From NCBI GenBank assembly GCA_947630605.1, contig CANRIO010000002.1, positions 9 to 64,008 of the forward strand: DNA of 64,000 bases, read 5' to 3'. How positions within the stretch are numbered: the first letter of the stretch is position 1; each line of letters begins with the position of its first letter. The position numbers were made by a program, and so were the translations under genes. Below, piece by piece: positions 35,298 through 45,057 of this stretch. Source of the DNA: an uncultured Clostridia bacterium (GTDB lineage Bacteria; Bacillota; Clostridia; Christensenellales; Borkfalkiaceae). The notes beneath the pieces are model-generated. The model saw nothing but the letters and a program-made list of their open reading frames with translations. It did no database searches and was not told where the DNA came from.

Positions 35298-38200
35298 ATG
35301 ATTATGAACAAGCTCAAGAAATTGTTTCTTACGGTTCTTGGCGCAGTCCTCTTTGTCTGCATGGGCGTAGCGATCGCTGCCTGCGGCGGATCAAAGAAGT
35401 ATACCGTCACGACGGAATACGAAGCCGGCCAGGGCACCGTGGCACTTTCTCCCGAGGCAGAAGGTAATAAGTACGAGAAGGGGACCGAAGTCACCGTTAC
35501 GGTCACCCCCAAGACCGGTTACGAGGTCGATACTTTCACCGTCTCCACGGATGAAAATGCCCAGCTCACCGGGGGCAAGTACACCTTCGAGGTCAGCGCG
35601 GACACGACCGTCAAGGCCACCTTCAAGACGGCGGAGAAGTATTCTGTCACGAAGAACGATCCCGAGAACGGCACGATCGAAGTGACGCCTGCGGCCGGTA
35701 CGGATGGCAAGTACGACAAGAACACCGCAATCACGGTGACCCTTAAGCCTGCAACCGGCTACGAAGTGGACACCTTCACCGTCGGCGGCGTCGACAAGAA
35801 GGCCGACCTTCAGGACAATGTCTACACCTTCACCATCACCGCCAACACGACGATCGCGGCCACCTTCAAGTCGACGACGCCTCCCGCTACGGAGAAGTAT
35901 TCTGTCACGAAGAACGATCCCGCAAACGGGACGATTGAAGTGACGCCCGCGGCCGGCACGGATGGCAAGTACGACAAGAACACCGCAATCACGGTGACGC
36001 TCAAACCCGCACAGGGCTACGAAGTGGACACCTTCACCGTCGGCGGCGTCGACAAGAAGGCCGACCTTCATGACAACGTTTATACTTTCACCATCACTGC
36101 CAACACGGCGATCAACGCCACCTTTAAGTCAACAACGCCCGCACCTGTTGCGAAGTACTCTGTCACGAAGAACGATCCCGAAAACGGGACGATCGAAGTG
36201 ACGCCCGCGGCCGGTACTGACGGCAAGTATGAAAAGGACACCTCGATCACGGTGACCCTCACTCCCGCACAGGGTTACGAAGTGGACACCTTCACGGCGA
36301 ATAGCGTAGACAAGAAGAGCGAGCTTCAGGACAATGTCTACACCTTCACAATCACGGCCGACACGACGATCACCGTCACCTTCAAGGCTTCTTTCAGTGA
36401 TTTCCTCACGGGCAAGAAGATCTACAGCTTCACGGGGCAGGTGCCGGGATACACATTTGAGAACGGGAAGGCCACCTCGCTTGCAACGGGTGCTGCTCCC
36501 GTGGACTATGTCATCATAGACGAAGACACTGCAAGGATCGGCGACAATGTCACCCTCACCAAGAATGCGAACGGCACGCTGACGATCGACGAAGATGTCT
36601 ACTTTGTTGTCGGCGTTGAGATCACGCTTGCCGTGAAACAAGGCGAAACCGACGTCAACGTCGTGTTCACGATCCAAAATGTCGAAACGCAGGATGAAGG
36701 TATCGGCGAAGGTTACGTTGTCACGTTCGGCAGCACCTTAAAGTATGGCGACCACACTTGCATCGAACACGAAGTTTACGGCGACAACCTCACCTTGACC
36801 TACGTCGAGGGCACCAAGAAATACGAAGCGACAGTAAATTTGACAAACAACACCGCGACCGTAGCACAAGTCGGCATATCTCTCTACGACGCCGAAGAGA
36901 ACTACCGTCTCGATGTCTCCACGGAGGCAAGCTCATACCGCTATGCCGACTTTTACAAGAAGGACGGAGAGGGCTATACGCTTGTTGCACAGAGCCTTTC
37001 AGGGAAGTCCAACGGCGAAGGCGGTTACGATTGGGAAACCACGCAAACCGTCGACGACACGATGACGACCTACACGATCGTTGTCAAGGGTGCAACCTGG
37101 GGCGAGGATGCTTCCAAGGATAACTTCGACAACGCTTCGATCGAAGTTACAAAGGTCGAAAAGACCGTCAAGACGCTCACCGCGAAGGATGGCGACACCG
37201 TATACGAAGTCACCTTCCTTGTCGAAGGGGAAGATGTCTCGATCACTGCGATCAGAAGTGGCGCTGAAGGCAGCCTCTCGACACTGTATAATCCTGCTTA
37301 CTCCCAAAACCAGCAAAATCAATCCTTTGGCCGGGACGGGATGACCTTCACATATTCCTACACCAAGGATGATTATGATGCTTCCTGGAATACGTTGAAG
37401 CACTACTACACCCTCACGTTCACGCTCACGGGCGATTCCGTTGCCAATGCGACGACGATGACCGTTGGTGTGAAGATATTGAATTATAAGATATTCTATG
37501 GCGTAGGCTCCTACGACAATGTCTTGCTCATCTATGACGACGAAGGCGTGCCCGCCGGCATCGTCTCCTTCCAGGAATCCGTAGGTACGAAGACATATAC
37601 CGGCACCTCCAAAGTGGAAAAGAAGGGCGACGAGGACTACGTCATCACCTTCACGACGAAAGACGGCGACGAGATCAAATTCAACGTCACCGGCCCTGCG
37701 CCCAACTTCAACGTCACGCTCAATGAAGATGACGTATTCTATCAGGTCACCGTGACGCAGCCCGCCGAAGAAGAGGGCACGCTCTCCATCTCCGACCCCG
37801 CGAATGAAGCAGGGTATGTGAAGGGCGAAAAGGTCACCATTACCGTCGAAGCGAAACCGGGCTACAAACTTGTCGCCGTCAAAGTGAACGACCGCACGAT
37901 CGAGCCTGTTGGCGATGTCTATTCCTTCGAAGTCGATGGCGATGCCACCGTCTCCGCAGAGTTTGCCGCCCTTCCCAAGGATTCCCTCGACGGCAAGAGG
38001 ATCTTCGGCTTGATGACGAATACGTTGTATTCCTTCGGAAACGGAAAAATGATTGGGCTTTCGCCGGCTTTAACTCCTACCGAGGAAGAGTATGACTACA
38101 CCGACGGAGAGGAGGAAGCAACGTTTACCGATGGAACGTATACATATCATCTCACCAAAAATGAGGACGGCACCTTGACGCTCGTTGAGCTTGACAATGC

Positions 38201-41200
38201 GATCTTCTACTTTGTCGGCACCGATCAAGAGTATACCCTTAAAATAACAGAGGGCGGCAGCGAGGTTGACTTCGTATTTACCATCGATGACGTGACCTCG
38301 AATGAAGATGAAAGTGCCTTAGTCGTTGAATTTGGTTACGACTGCTATTATGGCGAGGAATACTGCAGAGACTTCACGAATAGCTTTGACAATGTGACCC
38401 ATGAAGCCACGATCACTTTCTATAGCGACACGGAAGATTATTCTACAAGCCATAAGGTGACGATCACCATCAATGCAGAAGGCGTGACCGCTACAAAGAA
38501 ATTGGCCGCAATTACTCTCTATACAGGCGATATGCAATATGCCCTCATGATCAATACCGAGAATGAGTGGCGCCCCGCAACTTTCGTCATTGTAAAAGGA
38601 CCTGATGGTCGTCCTGTATATGTGAATGAAGACACGCCCGCATATCGGCAGGGCGGCGAATTGGAAGGCAGCGAGAACTACTATTGGGAAGTTACCGCCG
38701 AGGATGGCACGGTCTACACCATCACCATCACGGGTGCCAAGTGGGGCACAACCGCAGGCGAAGACGACTACTCCGAGGCGACGATCACAGTCACCTCTTC
38801 CAAGAAGGCGGGCGAGGACTTCCTCGACGGCAAGATGATCTTCAGCTTTGTGGGGAATGCCGCATTCTCCTTCGAGGGTGGAAATGTCACGCAACTTGAT
38901 TCGAATGGGGGGACGTCATACGGAAAGTATGTCATCGATGGAAACACCGTGACGGTTGGCGGCGAAGACAGCTATGTTTTCATCAAAAATGAGGACAACA
39001 CTCTTAGCTTACAGTATGATGCAGATACAACGGTTATCTTCTACTTCGTCGGCGATGAGTACGAGTATTCCCTTACCCTGACAGAGGGCAAAGAGGAAGT
39101 CACTCTCACATTTACGATCCAAGAGGTCTATCCGGATAGCACCGAATCGGGTATAGAATACTTTGATGCCTATTTGCTTCTCAGCTATGATGGCGGTGTA
39201 GATGACATCGTGATGGAATTGTCCTTTGACAATGGGTATGAGCTTTCAATACTGCACAATGTCGGTTTGGGCACCGCGGGTACAGTGGTTGAAAATTATA
39301 CGGTCACTGTAGACCTTGCCGCGAATGCGGCTACCAAAGAGCTTCTTTCGGTCACGATCTATTCGGACAGTTTGGAAAATGAACCTGAATATGGCATTTC
39401 TATTTATGCCGGTCCGTTCTATGCTGCTCTTTTCTACGTGAAAGGCGAATTTGATCTCGATCCTGTGGGAGACATGGTATATCGTTTGGGAGAGAGCGAG
39501 GACGAATACCGTTGGGAAGTTGAAGACACAGCCGAAGACGGCACGACGACCGTCTACACGATCAAGCTCGAAAATGTCGTTTGGGGCGGATTCGAAGCGG
39601 ACGACGATTTCACCGATGCAGTGCTGAAAGTCACCTCCGAGACGAAGCCGGGAACTGTCCAAGATTTCCTCGCAGGCAAGACCATTTATAGCTTCACCGA
39701 ACAGTTGGGCTATAAGTTCGAGAACGGGAAGGCCACCTCGCTTGCAACGGGTTCTTCTCCCGTGGACTACGCCATCACGTCGGAAACCACCGCGACGATC
39801 GGCGAGGACACCCTCACTTTGAACGATGATGGCAGCTTGACGATCGATGGGGGGGGGTGCTACTACTTCGTAGGCGTTGAGGTCACTCTCTCCGTAAAGG
39901 AAGGCGGACAGGACGTCAATGTCGTGTTCACGATCGAAAAGGTCGAAGTGCAAAATACGCCGGGAGTGGGCGATGAATACACCGTCACCTTTAGCGGCAC
40001 CACCAAATACGGCGAGAAAGAATGTGTCTCCATAGAAAATGGCTATGCCACCCAGCTTACCTTGACCTATGTCGAGGGTTCAAGCAAGTATACTGTGACC
40101 GTTGACCTCAGTGCAAATACCGCCACGAAGGCGCTCGCCGGGGTTTCCCTTCTCACCGAAGATCAGCTCTATCGCCTCGATATTAACACGGGTAGCGCAA
40201 GCCGCTATGCCGAGCTCTACAAGAAGAACGGAAGCAGTTACAACCTTGTTGCCGATCACATGATGAGAACAGGCAGGGATAATGGCACGTATTATTGGGA
40301 AGGCACGCAAACCGTCGGCGATACGATGACCACCTATACGATCGATATCGAGGGCGCAATATGGGGTAGTCCCGCTTCGCTTGATAAGTACTCCGGCGCA
40401 ACGATCACCGTCACGACGAAGGAGCAGACCTCCAAGACGCTCACCGCACAGGGAACAGACAAGGCGAACTACGAAGTCACCTTCCTTGTCGAAGATGGCG
40501 AAACCTCGATCACGAGGATCAAGAAGGACAGCGACGATCTCTATAATCCGAGATACATGACGCATCAGAACGGCGAAGTCCTTGAAAAGCTCGACAATAA
40601 TACATTCAAGTACTCCTATTCTTCGGGAACGACCTACTATGTAATCACGTTCGAGATCAAGGGCGAAGAAGTTTCCGATTGGACAATGACAGTGACGGTA
40701 GAGACGCTTAGCGCAAAGACTATCAATTGCAACATTAGCATAGATGGCGGTTCTTACGAGAGCGTCACAATTCTCTACGGTTCAGACGGCAAGCCGACGG
40801 GCATTGCATCCATCGAAATGTTGGTTTTGGGCGAAGGCTCAAAGACACTCACCGGCACTTCCAAAGTGGAAGACAAGGGCAACGGCAGCTATGTGATTAC
40901 CTTCACCACAGAGAACGACGGCGAGATCAAGCTCCTTGTCAAAGGCACCGGTCCCAACTTCACCGTTGAGCTTTATGAAGGAGACAGCGGCGACACGGGT
41001 GAAACCGGCGATACGTCTCCCAAGACCTACGAAGCAGAGACTGAGTTGGTAGTTAATGAAGGCCTTGACAACTTCACGATCACCAAGGTCGAGATCGATG
41101 CAATCAACGGCAAGCTCTATATTTGGGGTACAAAAGATGGAAGCCCGATGGAGCGTGAAGAATATGATATCACGGAGAGTCTCTATCCCCAAGATGATTA

Positions 41201-41354
41201 CCGTGGCTCTGATGGCGAATCGCTTTCAAAGATATATACGGTAACGATTGGATGGGCAGAATACAATATCGCCATTTTCAACGATGGTCGCCTTGTCTTC
41301 TGCGATCACTATGGAAACCCGATCGAGGACAACGTCTACAATCTCTCCGAATAA
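35298..41354 (+). CDS. Giant modular cell-surface lipoprotein (2018 aa) of unknown function.
   Basis: The signal peptide plus lipobox is KLKKLFLTVLGAVLFVCMGVAIAAC; the ATG at 35304 fits the AAGGAG RBS better. Four tandem ~86-aa beta-repeats (GYEVDTFTV...YTFxI..xTTIxATFK) recall the InlB-B / Listeria-Bacteroides repeat type. These are followed by four ~280-450-aa paralogous modules, each opening with DFLxGKxIxSF. The gene is noticeably richer in A/T-ending codons. Confidence 0.8.
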   Translation: MIMNKLKKLFLTVLGAVLFVCMGVAIAACGGSKKYTVTTEYEAGQGTVALSPEAEGNKYEKGTEVTVTVTPKTGYEVDTFTVSTDENAQLTGGKYTFEVSADTTVKATFKTAEKYSVTKNDPENGTIEVTPAAGTDGKYDKNTAITVTLKPATGYEVDTFTVGGVDKKADLQDNVYTFTITANTTIAATFKSTTPPATEKYSVTKNDPANGTIEVTPAAGTDGKYDKNTAITVTLKPAQGYEVDTFTVGGVDKKADLHDNVYTFTITANTAINATFKSTTPAPVAKYSVTKNDPENGTIEVTPAAGTDGKYEKDTSITVTLTPAQGYEVDTFTANSVDKKSELQDNVYTFTITADTTITVTFKASFSDFLTGKKIYSFTGQVPGYTFENGKATSLATGAAPVDYVIIDEDTARIGDNVTLTKNANGTLTIDEDVYFVVGVEITLAVKQGETDVNVVFTIQNVETQDEGIGEGYVVTFGSTLKYGDHTCIEHEVYGDNLTLTYVEGTKKYEATVNLTNNTATVAQVGISLYDAEENYRLDVSTEASSYRYADFYKKDGEGYTLVAQSLSGKSNGEGGYDWETTQTVDDTMTTYTIVVKGATWGEDASKDNFDNASIEVTKVEKTVKTLTAKDGDTVYEVTFLVEGEDVSITAIRSGAEGSLSTLYNPAYSQNQQNQSFGRDGMTFTYSYTKDDYDASWNTLKHYYTLTFTLTGDSVANATTMTVGVKILNYKIFYGVGSYDNVLLIYDDEGVPAGIVSFQESVGTKTYTGTSKVEKKGDEDYVITFTTKDGDEIKFNVTGPAPNFNVTLNEDDVFYQVTVTQPAEEEGTLSISDPANEAGYVKGEKVTITVEAKPGYKLVAVKVNDRTIEPVGDVYSFEVDGDATVSAEFAALPKDSLDGKRIFGLMTNTLYSFGNGKMIGLSPALTPTEEEYDYTDGEEEATFTDGTYTYHLTKNEDGTLTLVELDNAIFYFVGTDQEYTLKITEGGSEVDFVFTIDDVTSNEDESALVVEFGYDCYYGEEYCRDFTNSFDNVTHEATITFYSDTEDYSTSHKVTITINAEGVTATKKLAAITLYTGDMQYALMINTENEWRPATFVIVKGPDGRPVYVNEDTPAYRQGGELEGSENYYWEVTAEDGTVYTITITGAKWGTTAGEDDYSEATITVTSSKKAGEDFLDGKMIFSFVGNAAFSFEGGNVTQLDSNGGTSYGKYVIDGNTVTVGGEDSYVFIKNEDNTLSLQYDADTTVIFYFVGDEYEYSLTLTEGKEEVTLTFTIQEVYPDSTESGIEYFDAYLLLSYDGGVDDIVMELSFDNGYELSILHNVGLGTAGTVVENYTVTVDLAANAATKELLSVTIYSDSLENEPEYGISIYAGPFYAALFYVKGEFDLDPVGDMVYRLGESEDEYRWEVEDTAEDGTTTVYTIKLENVVWGGFEADDDFTDAVLKVTSETKPGTVQDFLAGKTIYSFTEQLGYKFENGKATSLATGSSPVDYAITSETTATIGEDTLTLNDDGSLTIDGGGCYYFVGVEVTLSVKEGGQDVNVVFTIEKVEVQNTPGVGDEYTVTFSGTTKYGEKECVSIENGYATQLTLTYVEGSSKYTVTVDLSANTATKALAGVSLLTEDQLYRLDINTGSASRYAELYKKNGSSYNLVADHMMRTGRDNGTYYWEGTQTVGDTMTTYTIDIEGAIWGSPASLDKYSGATITVTTKEQTSKTLTAQGTDKANYEVTFLVEDGETSITRIKKDSDDLYNPRYMTHQNGEVLEKLDNNTFKYSYSSGTTYYVITFEIKGEEVSDWTMTVTVETLSAKTINCNISIDGGSYESVTILYGSDGKPTGIASIEMLVLGEGSKTLTGTSKVEDKGNGSYVITFTTENDGEIKLLVKGTGPNFTVELYEGDSGDTGETGDTSPKTYEAETELVVNEGLDNFTITKVEIDAINGKLYIWGTKDGSPMEREEYDITESLYPQDDYRGSDGESLSKIYTVTIGWAEYNIAIFNDGRLVFCDHYGNPIEDNVYNLSE

Positions 41355-41441
41355 AACGGCACGACTGTCCCAACGGAGAACGCTCGAAATCAATGATTTG
41401 AGCATTCCCCAAGCATGAACTTTCCAAAGCATGCAAACCGC

Positions 41442-41476
41442 GCCCCGAGGCTTCCGCCTCGGGGCATTTCTCTTCT
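41442..41476 (+). terminator. Terminator after the giant lipoprotein gene.
   Basis: GCCCCGAGG-CTTCCG-CCTCGGGGC followed by a T-rich tail. Confidence 0.6.
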
Positions 41477-41880
41477 TCCCCCTCGGAAGGCTTCCCCCTT
41501 ACGAAGGGGGAAGCTGTCACGCTTGCGTGACTGATGAGGGCGGGTTACCGCGTCATTCTGCCCCGCCCGCACGTTCTGATCGTCGTCGAAGGGCGGCACG
41601 AGGGGCAAAGCCCCCGAAGTAGGCAAAGCCGAAGAATCCCCTCATACGAAGTCCGAGGCTTCTAATTCCGTCATGCTGAGCCGCGCGGCACGCGCGTGTC
41701 GAAGCATCACCGCATTATAATAATGTGATGTTTCGACAGGCTCAACATGACGATATTTAGAACGTTGCATCGTTTATCAAAGTCCGCGTTTTCATCCCCG
41801 GGATCCTTCGGTCGCTCCGCTCCCTCAGGATGACGCATTTGACCCTTGCCCTCTCCGTGGGGCGTCCCTTCTCCAAATTC
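41476..41880. repeat. Repeat cluster R7 (D, B, A-variant and A right half).
   Basis: D-type GGGGGAAGCTGTCACGCTTGCGTGACTGATGAGGG. B-type at 41549..41622. A complete variant palindrome GTCATGCTGAGCC..TGTCGAAGCATCAC..GTGATGTTTCGACA..GGCTCAACATGAC at 41669..41751. An A right half ending CTCAGGATGAC at about 41835. Confidence 0.8.
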
Positions 41881-41917
41881 CTCATTCTTCATTCTTCATT
41901 CTTTCTTTCGGAAAGTC

Positions 41918-41946
41918 TTGCATTTTTTGCATATCTATGGTATACT
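41918..41946 (+). promoter_or_regulatory. Promoter of pyrH-frr.
   Basis: TTGCAT (41918..41923), a 17-nt spacer, then TATACT (41941..41946) preceded by TGG. Confidence 0.6.
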
Positions 41947-41972
41947 GAAAAAAATATAATAGGGGGATCAAC

Positions 41973-42683
41973 ATGGCTCCGAAGTATAAGAGGATCGTTT
42001 TGAAGCTCTCGGGCGAGGCTCTTGCGGGCGAAGAGAGGTTCGGCCTCAACGAACAGGTCATAAGCGGCGTCGTCGATCAGCTCGTCAAGGTGCATGAGAT
42101 GGGCGTGGACATCGCCCTCGTCATCGGCGGGGGGAACTTCTGGCGGGGCAGGCAGGGCACCAAGATGGAGCGCACCACCGCCGACCAGATGGGCATGCTC
42201 GCCACGGTGATGAATTCCCTCGCCATGATGGACGCCATCGAGCGGCGCGGCATTCCCACCCGCGTGCAGACCGCCCTCAACATGATCTCCGTCGCCGAGC
42301 CCTACATCCTCCGCAAGGCCCTTCACCACTTCGAAGAGGGGCGCATCGTCATCATCGCATGCGGCACGGGCAACCCCTACTGCTCGACGGACACGGCCGC
42401 GGTGCAGCGTGCATGCGAGATCGGGGCAGACATCATCCTCATGGCGAAGAACGTGGACGGCATCTACGACGGCGACCCCCGCACGAACCCGGATGCCAAA
42501 AAGTACGAGAGGCTCACCTTCCGCGAGATCGTCTCGGGCGGCCTCAAGGCGATGGACGCGACGGCCGCGACCATGTGCATGGAGAACGACATTCCCGTTT
42601 TAGCCTTCGCCCTCAAGGAGCAGGATTCCATCCTCCGTGCCGTCTGCGGCGAACATCTCGGCACCCTCATTTCCAATGAATAA
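41973..42683 (+). CDS. pyrH: UMP kinase.
   Basis: 236 aa, with YKRIVLKLSGEAL and GGGNFWRG. Confidence 0.97.
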   Translation: MAPKYKRIVLKLSGEALAGEERFGLNEQVISGVVDQLVKVHEMGVDIALVIGGGNFWRGRQGTKMERTTADQMGMLATVMNSLAMMDAIERRGIPTRVQTALNMISVAEPYILRKALHHFEEGRIVIIACGTGNPYCSTDTAAVQRACEIGADIILMAKNVDGIYDGDPRTNPDAKKYERLTFREIVSGGLKAMDATAATMCMENDIPVLAFALKEQDSILRAVCGEHLGTLISNE

Positions 42684-42714
42684 AAATTTTAGATAAGGGA
42701 AAAGGAGAAAGTAT

Positions 42715-43287
42715 ATGTCAGATAACGAAAAAGTGGAAGAGATCTTCTTCACCCTCGACGACAAACTCGAAAAGACGGTATCTGTGCTCAAAGAAAACTT
42801 TGCCGCCATCCGCGCGGGTAGAGCCAATCCGCACATCCTCGACAAGGTGCAGGTGGAGGCATACGGCATGATGACCCCCTTGAACCAGCTCGGCAACATC
42901 GCCGTCTCGGATGCGCGCTGCCTTGTCATCAGCCCGTGGGATAAGTCCCTTCTGAAGGCCGTCGAGAAGGCCATCCTCGCCTCCAACGTCGGCATCACGC
43001 CTTCCAACGATGGCACGGTCATCCGTCTCGTCTTCCCCGAGCTCACCGAAGAGCGCCGCCGCGACCTCGTCAAACAGGTCAAGAAGATGGGCGAGGACAC
43101 CAAGGTGGCCGCGCGCAACAACCGCCGCGACGCCATGGAGGCCTTAAAGAAGATGAAGACGAACAAGGAGATCTCCGAGGACGAGGCCAAGAACGCGGAG
43201 ATCGACGTCGAGGATGCGATCGCAAAGTGCATCACCGAGATCGAGAAGGTCGTCGCCGCCAAGGAGAAGGAGCTTCTCACAATTTGA
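42715..43287 (+). CDS. frr: Ribosome recycling factor.
   Basis: 190 aa, with IRAGRANPHILDKVQVEAYG and RNNRRDAMEALKK. Confidence 0.97.
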   Translation: MSDNEKVEEIFFTLDDKLEKTVSVLKENFAAIRAGRANPHILDKVQVEAYGMMTPLNQLGNIAVSDARCLVISPWDKSLLKAVEKAILASNVGITPSNDGTVIRLVFPELTEERRRDLVKQVKKMGEDTKVAARNNRRDAMEALKKMKTNKEISEDEAKNAEIDVEDAIAKCITEIEKVVAAKEKELLTI

Positions 43288-43985
43288 TGGCGACTTCGGA
43301 CATGGGTGCCCCGTATCACGTCGGCATCATCATGGATGGGAACGGCAGGTGGGCAAAAAGACGCCTCCTTCCCCGCCTTGCGGGCCATAGGGCGGGCATG
43401 AAACGCATGCTCTCCCTCATTGAGCACGCCTTCGATACGGGAGTCAAAGAGCTCACCCTCTTCGCCCTCTCCACCGAAAATCTGAACCGCCCCAAGGAGG
43501 AGCTCGACGGGCTGTTCGATCTCTTCCGCCTGTATTTTACGCAGCATATATCCCCCCTTTGCGAGAAGGGCATCCGCCTTCGCGTCATCGGGGACAGGAC
43601 GCTCATCCCCGCCGACATCGCCCGCCTCATCGCGGAAGCGGAGCAAAAGACGAAGGGGGGAGAGCGGGCACTTCTGACCTTTGCCATCGGCTATGGCGGG
43701 CAGCAGGACATCGTCGCCGCCTGCAACAAGGCGGTCTCGGAAGGGGCGCAACAGACCCTCGAAAGTTTCGCCGGGAAGCTCTCGACGGGGGGCATGTCCG
43801 CGATGGACCTCCTCATTCGCACGGGCGGGGAGAAAAGGCTCTCCAACTTTTTACTCTTTGAAGCGGCATACGCCGAACTTTGGTTTTCGGAGAAGATGTT
43901 CCCCGCGTTCTCGGACGAGGACTTCGACGAGGCCATTCGGGACTATCGCACGCGGGACAGAAGATTCGGCAAGTTGAGAAAATAA
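43287..43985 (+). CDS. uppS: Undecaprenyl-diphosphate synthase.
   Basis: The track ORF was trimmed to the ATG at 43287, which overlaps the frr stop. Contains HVGIIMDGNGRWA, TLFALSTENLNRP and RTGGEKRLSNFLL. Confidence 0.95.
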   Translation: MATSDMGAPYHVGIIMDGNGRWAKRRLLPRLAGHRAGMKRMLSLIEHAFDTGVKELTLFALSTENLNRPKEELDGLFDLFRLYFTQHISPLCEKGIRLRVIGDRTLIPADIARLIAEAEQKTKGGERALLTFAIGYGGQQDIVAACNKAVSEGAQQTLESFAGKLSTGGMSAMDLLIRTGGEKRLSNFLLFEAAYAELWFSEKMFPAFSDEDFDEAIRDYRTRDRRFGKLRK

Positions 43986-43986
43986 C

Positions 43987-44997
43987 ATGGACGACACGAA
44001 AACAAACGGCATGGGGGACGGCGAGCCCCAAAAACAGCAATCGGAGCGCAAAAATCTCAAGCTCCGCACGATCACGGGCGCAATTTACGCCCTCCTTCTT
44101 GTCGGGTTTTTCCTCCTCAAGATCTTCGTGAATAAGCTCTTTTTCGATGGGCTCATCCTCGTCTTTGCCTTCTTCGGCACGGGGGAGATGATCCGCGCAT
44201 TCAAGGATAAGCTCCACATTTCGCAAAAGATCCTCATCTTCGTCTTCTCCCTCGGGATCATTCTCGCGTACGCCGTGAGCGACTATTACTATGCCGAAGT
44301 GGTCGGTGTGGAATTGAACGGGACATGGGGCAGGAACTACGCCATGCACTTCACCTTCATCTTCCTCATCGCGGGCATCGCGGTCCTCGCCTCCCTCCTT
44401 GTCTTCGCGCACAGGCATGTGACGCTCGAGTCGACGGGCTACGCCCTCCTCTGCTATGCCTATCCCGCGGTCTTCCTCCTCGTCCTGACCATCTGTAATC
44501 ATTTGGAATTTTACTCCGAACTGGCCATCATGATCGTCTTCGTGGTCGCTCCCTTTGCGGACGTGTTCGCCTTCTTCTTCGGGAAACTTTTGGGCAAAAA
44601 GCTGCCCGCGAAGATGGCCCCCAACATCTCCCCGAAGAAGACCATCATCGGCGGCTTCGGCGGCCTCTTGGGGGGCGCGATCGGCGCGATCGGCGTGTTC
44701 TTCATCTATTACGGGCTCATGAAGCTCGGGCAAACGGGCATCTTCCCGCAGGAGATCCGCGAGATCACACCCGATGCGAAGAACCTCATCTTCTTCATCG
44801 CCTTGGGCATCCTGACGGCGGCATTCTCGCAGTTCGGCGACCTCGTCGAGAGCGCGATCAAGCGCAAACTCGGCATCAAGGATATGGGCAACATCCTGCC
44901 CGGGCACGGGGGCGTCCTCGACCGCATCGACTCCTCCCTCTACGCGGGGCTCATCGTCTGTATCGCCCTCGTCGCCAAACTCATGTTGCTCGGCTGA
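43987..44997 (+). CDS. cdsA: Phosphatidate cytidylyltransferase.
   Basis: 336 aa, polytopic, with SPKKTIIGGFGGLLGG and GHGGVLDRIDS. Confidence 0.92.
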   Translation: MDDTKTNGMGDGEPQKQQSERKNLKLRTITGAIYALLLVGFFLLKIFVNKLFFDGLILVFAFFGTGEMIRAFKDKLHISQKILIFVFSLGIILAYAVSDYYYAEVVGVELNGTWGRNYAMHFTFIFLIAGIAVLASLLVFAHRHVTLESTGYALLCYAYPAVFLLVLTICNHLEFYSELAIMIVFVVAPFADVFAFFFGKLLGKKLPAKMAPNISPKKTIIGGFGGLLGGAIGAIGVFFIYYGLMKLGQTGIFPQEIREITPDAKNLIFFIALGILTAAFSQFGDLVESAIKRKLGIKDMGNILPGHGGVLDRIDSSLYAGLIVCIALVAKLMLLG

Positions 44998-45015
44998 GTT
45001 GCATACAATAGAAAC

Positions 45016-45045
45016 GCCCGCCTGTGCAGGCGGGCTGATTTTTAC
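45016..45045 (+). terminator. Hairpin / possible attenuator between cdsA and dxr.
   Basis: GCCCGCCT-GTGC-AGGCGGGC followed by TGATTTTT. Confidence 0.55.
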
Positions 45046-45057
45046 TGTGAGGTGGAT

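Noticed and set aside
35231-35467. A 78-aa ORF overlapping the start of the giant lipoprotein gene.
   Set aside because: It begins in the AT-rich control region without an RBS and is out of frame with a gene that has a clear RBS and lipoprotein signal.
41880-41905. A short tandem CATTCTT x3 before the pyrH promoter.
   Set aside because: It is too short and degenerate to support any claim. It is probably the ragged edge of repeat cluster R7.
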